Assembly (NCBI GenBank): GCA_021813125.1
Contig: JAKALT010000003.1
Location: 7,800 to 71,799 of the forward strand
Length of the DNA stretch: 64,000 bases
Origin: a bacterium
Lineage (GTDB): Bacteria > Patescibacteriota > Microgenomatia > Curtissbacterales > GWA2-41-24
Reading direction: 5' to 3'
Position numbers and translations under genes: made by a program. Position 1 is the first letter of the stretch; each line of letters starts with the position of its first letter. Below the pieces are notes generated by a model. It ran no database searches, had not been told where the DNA came from, and saw only the letters and a program-made list of their open reading frames with translations. Shown piece by piece: positions 58,302-64,000 of the stretch.

Positions 58302-59233
58302 TGGGAACTACTAGAATTAAAGTAATCGATTTATCATCAAGCCAGCAGGAGATCAAAACCTCCCGGAAGCATGCGGAAAAATTGGCAGGCGTTCCAAAGC
58401 TGGAAAAAGAGGAAAAAGAAAAAAAACAACAGGAAAAACACGCAGAAAGCACCCAACCTCAGGATCAGGCAGTTGACGCAGCAGAAAACCAGGCAGAAGA
58501 AACTGTCACCCAAAACGCCGAGCCGGTAGCCGAAACACCCAAAAAAGCCGCATCGGTCACACCTAAGAAAAAGGCCACAAGCCACCGCGGATCAAATTAC
58601 GAAAAAGCTAAAAAATTGGTTGAGGACAAACTTTACAATGTTCAGGAAGCACTGGACCTTCTTCCAAAAACTTCGTTTACCAAATTCGACCCGACCGTAG
58701 AAATACACTTGGGCGTTTCCGAAAAAAGTGTTAAGGGATCCGTTAATTTTCCTTATTTGGAAGTCAAAAAGCAAGAAAAGAAATATCTGGTTTTTGCAGA
58801 CACCAAACCCCAGTCTGAAGCAAAAAACATCATTTTCGCAACCGAAAAAACAATAGAAGATCTGGAAAGCGGCAAGCTTAAACCTTCACGCGATTTCGAT
58901 GTAGTGGTTGCAAGTCCAAAGTTCATGCCGGCTCTTGCCAAAGTCGCCAAAATTTTAGGCCCACGCGGCTTAATGCCCAACCCTAAAAACGGCACAGTGA
59001 CAGAAAATTTTGATAAATTTGTGGAAGATTCTAAAACCGCAAGCACCCAGTTTAAATCCGATCCATCCTCGCCTGTCGTTCACATAAAAATCGGCAAACT
59101 CTCCCAAAAACCGGACGAACTTTCAAAAAACATGAAGGCTCTGGTTTTGGCAATCGGTTCTTCCAAAATCAAAAAGGCTACAATAACTACCACTATGGGA
59201 CCGGCCATAAAAATCGATCCGGCTACTCTTTAA
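58301..59233 (+). CDS. rplA: 50S ribosomal protein L1 with charged N-terminal extension
   Basis: KFDPTVEIH, ILGPRGLMPNPKNGTV, TTMGP. Confidence 0.95.
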   Translation: MGTTRIKVIDLSSSQQEIKTSRKHAEKLAGVPKLEKEEKEKKQQEKHAESTQPQDQAVDAAENQAEETVTQNAEPVAETPKKAASVTPKKKATSHRGSNYEKAKKLVEDKLYNVQEALDLLPKTSFTKFDPTVEIHLGVSEKSVKGSVNFPYLEVKKQEKKYLVFADTKPQSEAKNIIFATEKTIEDLESGKLKPSRDFDVVVASPKFMPALAKVAKILGPRGLMPNPKNGTVTENFDKFVEDSKTASTQFKSDPSSPVVHIKIGKLSQKPDELSKNMKALVLAIGSSKIKKATITTTMGPAIKIDPATL

Positions 59234-59480
59234 ATTCCGCCAAAATCAAGTCCTTGACAGTAAGCCTTGCATCTGATAATTTTCCCCTGCTAATTCCTAA
59301 TTCTGCCTTGATCATTAGTATTGTGACAAAAACACATTTTCATAAAGAAACGGGGGACGAAACCCCGCACCTTTAATGCTTAATTATTCTAAAAATGCGC
59401 GAATCAAAAATAAAGGTCGAGAACTTCCAGAATTTTGCACTTTGCACTTCGAATTTTAAATTGCAAAGGAGGTGATATAA

Positions 59481-59576
59481 ATGATCGATGAAACACGCAT
59501 TATTGACGACGAAGACGACGACGAAGAAGAATCAAAAGACGAGGACGAAGAATCAGACGAGGACGACGCAGCATAG
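59481..59576 (+). CDS. 31-aa acidic peptide (below the ORF track cutoff)
   Basis: MIDETRIIDDEDDDEEESKDEDEESDEDDAA; AAAGGAGGTG Shine-Dalgarno 6 nt upstream; terminator downstream. Confidence 0.75.
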   Translation: MIDETRIIDDEDDDEEESKDEDEESDEDDAA

Positions 59577-59590
59577 TCCGAAAGTTTCTT

Positions 59591-59626
59591 AAAAGCCTCA
59601 CGAAACTAACTTTCTGGGGCTTTTTT
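59591..59626 (+). terminator. Intrinsic terminator
   Basis: aaaagcctca-c-gaaa-ctaac-tttc-tggggctttttt. Confidence 0.75.
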
Positions 59627-59686
59627 GTTGCAAAGACATTAGTCAAAAATCTACAATTATGATACGGGAAAGGTACACAACATCAT

Positions 59687-60028
59687 ATGCTTCGCTTTAA
59701 TTGGTCTGTCATTGCAATAGCCTCAGGTATGTCATTCGTTATATGGGCTATTTTGTTTAGGGTCTTTTTCGCCGAAGCCGGCTCCAAACTCGTCGGCACA
59801 AGTCAGGGCATGTGGATAGGGCCGCATTTTCTCTACTTCGACAACGCTGCCACCACCACTGCAGCAATAGTGTCAGAATTGCAGTCGGTATTGCTAACAA
59901 GGCAAAAAAGGATTCTAGCACTGGTTCTAACCGGGGCAATCGTCGCAGTCTTAGCCGCGTTGATCTCGATGTACAGCGCAGAGAAGCTGCCTCCTTTTAC
60001 AATACCAGTTATTCCTTCCACATATTGA
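59687..60028 (+). CDS. Hypothetical membrane protein
   Basis: 113 aa, 2-3 hydrophobic segments. Confidence 0.6.
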   Translation: MLRFNWSVIAIASGMSFVIWAILFRVFFAEAGSKLVGTSQGMWIGPHFLYFDNAATTTAAIVSELQSVLLTRQKRILALVLTGAIVAVLAALISMYSAEKLPPFTIPVIPSTY

Positions 60029-60063
60029 CAATTACCCCAAAAATCTTGTTAAATACCCTCAAT

Positions 60064-60144
60064 CCAAAGACCGTAGGCATATCGGGCAAAATCCGATATT
60101 TAATATTCCTACGCAGGAAAAAGCAAAACGTTTATTCCTCTTTG
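60064..60144 (+). promoter_or_regulatory. Ribosomal protein L10 leader
   Basis: CCAAAGACCGTAGG..TTAA..CCTACGCAGG..CTTTGG upstream of rplJ; TTGACA at 60025. Confidence 0.85.
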
Positions 60145-60181
60145 GCCGCAAGTCGGCCATTTTCTTTGGATATACATTCAA

Positions 60182-60736
60182 ATGAAAAAACACACTAAGT
60201 CGGCTCGCGAGATAAAGGGAGAAAAAATCCAAAACCTGGCCGAAAAATTTAAAAAGGCAAAGACTCTAACGTTTGCCGACTACCGCGGCTTAACGGCAAA
60301 CCAAATCGCAATACTTCGCTCAAAAATTAAAGCCTCGGGTGGCGAAATGCTGGTTGAAAAAAATACACTTATCTCTTTGGCCCTCAAGGATTCCGGCCAC
60401 AAGTTGGAAAAATCCCAAGACCCCAAAGGCACACTTCTCACCGGCCCAACCGCAACTATTTTAGCTTACGAAGACGAAATAGCACCGATAAAAGAAACAG
60501 CCCAAAGCGCAAAAGAGGTTGGTTTACCAAGTTTTAAATTTGGCTTTTTCGGTCTTGAATTCCTAAACTCCCAGGGCCTTGAAAGTTTATCTAAAATCCC
60601 CGGCCGCGAAGCCCTTCAAGCCAAATTAGTCGGGTCTCTTTCCTCACCTATCTACGGCATTGTTGGAGTTTTAGGAGCCAACCTAAGAAACCTTGTATAT
60701 ACTCTCAGTGCGATAAAAGATAGCAAATCCCAATGA
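60182..60736 (+). CDS. rplJ: 50S ribosomal protein L10
   Basis: DYRGLT, VEKNTL, LTGPTA. Confidence 0.96.
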   Translation: MKKHTKSAREIKGEKIQNLAEKFKKAKTLTFADYRGLTANQIAILRSKIKASGGEMLVEKNTLISLALKDSGHKLEKSQDPKGTLLTGPTATILAYEDEIAPIKETAQSAKEVGLPSFKFGFFGLEFLNSQGLESLSKIPGREALQAKLVGSLSSPIYGIVGVLGANLRNLVYTLSAIKDSKSQ

Positions 60737-60780
60737 ACAATGAACTATTAACTATAAACTTTCTAAAGGAGGTGAATTAA

Positions 60781-61377
60781 ATGGCAGACGACGATCAAAA
60801 ACAACAGGACGCACAAGACAAGGCAGAAGAGGCAGCCGATAAGGCTGAGGAAGCTGCAGACAAAGCTGAAGAAGCAGCAGAAAAAGCAGAAGAGGCAGTT
60901 GAAGAAGTAAAAGAAGAGGTAAAAGAGGTTAAAGTTGAGATAAAGGAAGAAAAGGCCGAAGCAAAGGAAGAGAAAAAAGAATCACCTAAGGTCAGCAAAA
61001 AACTTGAAGGCCTAATCGGGGATATCGAAAAACTTTCCGTTTTGGAACTTTCGGAATTGGTAAAAGCCTTAGAAGCAAAGTTTGGAGTTTCCGCAGCACC
61101 TCAGGTAGTTGCCGGAGGAGCAGCCCCAGCTTCAGCTGCAGGAGACGAGGGAGCAAGCGAACAGACAACTTTTAACGTTGTTTTGGCAGAAGCCGGAGCA
61201 AACAAAATCTCCGTCATCAAAGCAGTTCGTGAGTTGGTTCCAACATTAGGGCTTAAAGAGGCTAAAGACTTGGTAGATACTGCACCTAAACAGGTGTTAG
61301 AAGGCGTCAACAAAGAAACGGCAAACGAAGCTAAAACTAAACTCGAAGCAGCAGGCGCTAAAGTAGAACTCAAATAG
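60781..61377 (+). CDS. rplL: 50S ribosomal protein L7/L12 with about 70-aa acidic N-terminal extension
   Basis: [41 protein letters not shown]; AEEAADK repeats. Confidence 0.97.
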   Translation: MADDDQKQQDAQDKAEEAADKAEEAADKAEEAAEKAEEAVEEVKEEVKEVKVEIKEEKAEAKEEKKESPKVSKKLEGLIGDIEKLSVLELSELVKALEAKFGVSAAPQVVAGGAAPASAAGDEGASEQTTFNVVLAEAGANKISVIKAVRELVPTLGLKEAKDLVDTAPKQVLEGVNKETANEAKTKLEAAGAKVELK

Positions 61378-61401
61378 CTTAACAAAGGTCTGGCTCAGAA
61401 A

Positions 61402-61447
61402 AAGGGCAGGCCTTTGTTGGGTATTTTCAACGTAAAGACCTGCCCTT
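61402..61447. repeat. REP-like hairpin
   Basis: aagggcaggcctt-20nt-aagacctgccctt; partial arms at 61385 and 61463. Confidence 0.83.
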
Positions 61448-61629
61448 AATCAAAGCACAGTATAGGGCTGACCTTGAGCTATTGACCTGTAATCATAAAA
61501 CCAAGCCATAACCTTCTTTTTGCCCACTTGACCGCCGATTTTTCCCATGATACATTGGAGTCCGAAAGTGATTCTTTTGCTTTCTAGAATGACCATGTTT
61601 AAAAACGCTATATTTCTTCCTAACTCTGA

Positions 61630-61657
61630 CTTATCACTTATCACTTATCACTTATCA
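61630..61657. repeat. Perfect (CTTATCA)x4 array
   Basis: Ends 5 nt before the ATG of the HTH gene. Confidence 0.9.
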
Positions 61658-61662
61658 CTATT

Positions 61663-61875
61663 ATGGCATTAGGAGACGACTGGCCGGATTTGTTAACCGT
61701 TAAAGAAGTAGCAAAAATACTTCGTGTTGCCCCACTCACAGTCAAACGATGGGGCAAACGCGGCAAACTCCCGGCAATCCGCATCAACTCCCGCGGCGAC
61801 CGCAGGTATAAGAAGGAAGCCGTCCTTTGGCTTTTAGGCGCCATAAAATCCGGAAGCACCTCGGTAAACGAATAA
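61663..61875 (+). CDS. Excisionase/MerR-type helix-turn-helix DNA-binding protein
   Basis: LLTVKEVAKILRV..TVKRW..GKLPAIRI..GDRRY. Confidence 0.9.
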   Translation: MALGDDWPDLLTVKEVAKILRVAPLTVKRWGKRGKLPAIRINSRGDRRYKKEAVLWLLGAIKSGSTSVNE

Positions 61876-61925
61876 AAGGTTTGCTTGCTTTTAAATTACC
61901 CCAAACTTATAATCCAGCTGCCAAT

Positions 61926-62759
61926 ATGGCTTTAGCAGAAATACCGCGCTTTTCAGATACACCAAGAGTACCCGAAATAGCCTCGGCACGTCGTTCATTA
62001 ATATACACCTTCGACTGTTGGCTTGGACCAACCGAGAAGGACAAACAAGCGGCAAAAGAAATTATGGAAGAGAGATGCGCTGTAGCCGCTAAAAAATATT
62101 TTTCAGCCGAGTACGAAACGGATTCTCAAAGACCAGCCATTGCTTGTTTCGCTGGCGAACACGAAAACGAGGATCTCCCCGGCTCGCAAAGAATACAAGA
62201 AATCTTAATTGGCCTTGGTGTTCCTGAAGAAAAAATTGTGACAGGTGCCAACACCATAACCACCGTTTACGACCTAGCCGCAATGCATGCATTTTCATCC
62301 GCTTACGGAATCGAAGAAACAACTATCGTTACTAGCAACTTTCACAAGCGTAGAACCCGAAAAGAAGTCGCTAACCATTTTAATAGACCAGGGAGAAAAA
62401 AACATAGACCAACGATTGAAATTCTGACGCCTTCATCAAGGAGCCTAAATCAATTAGCATTTGCACCAGATATGTCAATGAGCTTACAAATCCAAATCGA
62501 GGGGCTTATTCACCGCGGTCAGCAAAGGAAAATTGTGCCTCAAGAAATTGCAGCAACGGCAATTGCCTACATTCCAAACAGAAAGCTCCGAAGATACATT
62601 CAAGATCCAATCGAGAGAAAAACTCACGCTCATACTCCAAGACAACTCGCCAGAATCGAAAACTTAACAGCCCGTATGATACAAGATTGGGAAAAAGTAA
62701 GAGCTCAAGCGCTAGCAGCTAAAAAACCAAAATTTCCCGACATCCCGGCACATGGATAA
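61926..62759 (+). CDS. YdcF/ElyC/SanA (DUF218)-like protein
   Basis: LGVPEEKI, IVTSNFHKRR; start MALAEI after TATAAT. Confidence 0.7.
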   Translation: MALAEIPRFSDTPRVPEIASARRSLIYTFDCWLGPTEKDKQAAKEIMEERCAVAAKKYFSAEYETDSQRPAIACFAGEHENEDLPGSQRIQEILIGLGVPEEKIVTGANTITTVYDLAAMHAFSSAYGIEETTIVTSNFHKRRTRKEVANHFNRPGRKKHRPTIEILTPSSRSLNQLAFAPDMSMSLQIQIEGLIHRGQQRKIVPQEIAATAIAYIPNRKLRRYIQDPIERKTHAHTPRQLARIENLTARMIQDWEKVRAQALAAKKPKFPDIPAHG

Positions 62760-62804
62760 TTTTTATCCCCAAAATTGGCTCATTTGCTAAAAAGGGCAGG
62801 TAAT

Positions 62805-63311
62805 TTAAGTACCGCTTCTCCAATCACCAATTGCTTCCCTATGCTTGTAAGCGATTACAGAAGGAAGCTCATTAACCTCAAAAAACTTATAATCGTCGTG
62901 CTCTTCTGACAAGACAATTGACCCCTTTGCCTTGCCTTCAAAAATAATGTCTATATGCATGCCCCTAGGATCGTTATCAATATTGTAAGCACCAACAACT
63001 GAACATACGTCAGGCACCAAGCCTGTTTCCTCTTTGCACTCCCGAATAACAGCCTCTGCCGCTTCCTCTCCCCATTGTATGAAACCGCCTGGTAAACACC
63101 ACGCACCTTTCAATGGCTCATTGGCGCGCCTTAAAAGCAGAACTTTCCCAGCTTCATGTACTATAATACTCGCAACAGGCTTTGGGTTATTCCAAAACTC
63201 AAATTTACACTTTGGGCAAACCTGACTAGCTTCGTCATTAGAAACCTTAGAAACCATCTCCGTCGAGCACATCGGGCAAAACTTATAAATTAGCTTTTTG
63301 GAGCTGGCCAT
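62805..63311 (-). CDS. NUDIX hydrolase with N-terminal zinc ribbon
   Basis: FCPMC..CPKC, Nudix box GGFIQWGEEAAEAVIRECKEETG. Confidence 0.93.
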   Translation of the reverse strand: MASSKKLIYKFCPMCSTEMVSKVSNDEASQVCPKCKFEFWNNPKPVASIIVHEAGKVLLLRRANEPLKGAWCLPGGFIQWGEEAAEAVIRECKEETGLVPDVCSVVGAYNIDNDPRGMHIDIIFEGKAKGSIVLSEEHDDYKFFEVNELPSVIAYKHREAIGDWRSGT

Positions 63312-63355
63312 AAGTGCATTATACAAAGAAACTTATCAAGTGCTATACTTTCCCC

Positions 63356-64000
63356 ATGCTAAAGACAGCCATCGACGCAGCAAAGGAAGGCGCGAAAATA
63401 GCATCAACCTACTTTAATAATCCTCTTGATGTCAAAAGGAAAGAAAACGAAAGCCCTGTCACTATAGCAGACATAGAGACAGAAAAAATTATAAGGCAGA
63501 TAATTTCCAAGAAATTCCCAGATCATGGTTTTATTGGTGAAGAACTAGGCTCAATTAACCCGAAAGCCAAATACCAGTGGGCAATCGATCCTATTGATGG
63601 CACCAGAGCCTACATAAGAGGAATCCCTCAATGGTGTGTACTTGTAGCTGTCTTGGAAAATAACAAGCCGATAGTTGGAGTCTGTTATTACCCCGAACAG
63701 AGCGATTTATTCACAGCCCAAAAAGGGGAAGGGGCATTTTTAAATGGCAAAAAAACGAAAGTGTCTTCCGTAAAGAATTTAAATGAAGCATACATTTCTT
63801 ACTACAACTTAAAACATTTCGCAAGACTCGGAAAAATCAATAATTTAGTAGATCTTATTCAAAAAACAAACACATCAATGAATTACGCCTCATTTTGTAT
63901 GAATTATTTCTTAAAAGGGAAAGTCGACGCTTATGTATGCGGCCACGGTCTGCTGTGGGATTTCGCAGCACTCGCTATTTTAACTGAAGAAGCAGGTGGT
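63356..64000 (+). CDS. Inositol monophosphatase family protein (SuhB/HisN-like), cut by window end
   Basis: Manual translation MLKTAIDAAKEG..VTIADIETE..GEE..WAIDPIDGT..WDFAA. Confidence 0.93.
   Translation, partial: MLKTAIDAAKEGAKIASTYFNNPLDVKRKENESPVTIADIETEKIIRQIISKKFPDHGFIGEELGSINPKAKYQWAIDPIDGTRAYIRGIPQWCVLVAVLENNKPIVGVCYYPEQSDLFTAQKGEGAFLNGKKTKVSSVKNLNEAYISYYNLKHFARLGKINNLVDLIQKTNTSMNYASFCMNYFLKGKVDAYVCGHGLLWDFAALAILTEEAGG

Noticed and set aside
59351-59368. Hammerhead ribozyme suggested by GGACGAAAC
   Set aside because: No CUGAnGA core upstream; a simple hairpin explains the sequence
61663-61875. Prophage or integrative element marked by an excisionase
   Set aside because: No integrase, phage genes or att repeats nearby
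1-64000. Short antisense or overlapping ORFs in the track (e.g. 3224-3658, 22153-22716, 24299-24757, 44219-44722, 36425-36625)
   Set aside because: Shadows of well-supported genes or tRNAs, with no motifs of their own
1-64000. Alternative genetic code (TGA as Gly, as in Gracilibacteria/Absconditabacteria)
   Set aside because: Conserved genes such as glyA, folD and rplJ end at TGA at expected positions and ORFs are intact under code 11

Overview
Bacterial chromosomal DNA, genetic code 11. Gene content (reduced PriA, many type IV pilin-like genes, mostly leaderless genes) suggests a Patescibacteria/CPR genome, probably Microgenomates; the taxonomy is an inference. The housekeeping backbone is dprA, split purH, mrdA-mreB, glyA, folD, priA-def-fmt, rpmB, a probable 6S RNA, four tRNAs, rpmG, galU, secE-nusG, rplK-A-J-L and a suhB-like gene. 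The main accessory feature is a 13.6-kb co-directional array (6949-20557) of 12 intact genes and 1 fragment. Each encodes a prepilin-type leader lacking Glu5 plus one or two highly divergent PsbP/Mog1-like domains bracketed by conserved ETANWKTY..KYP and FDQILSTFKF motifs. The genes are mosaics of shared modules, two toxin-antitoxin operons sit in equivalent slots, and a divergent O-antigen-ligase/PglL-like gene is adjacent. A second layer of structure is small repeats: about 20 degenerate 7-bp tandem arrays (two form inverted arms around a four-helix-bundle gene) and a REP-like AAGGNCAGSCCTT hairpin family; both enter essential genes in frame. Also present: a giant pilin with an internal adhesin insert, a pilVWX-like cluster ending in a C39-like peptidase, a five-enzyme modification island between nusG and rplK, and a 31-aa acidic peptide gene below the ORF cutoff. 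All calls were made by eye without database searches.
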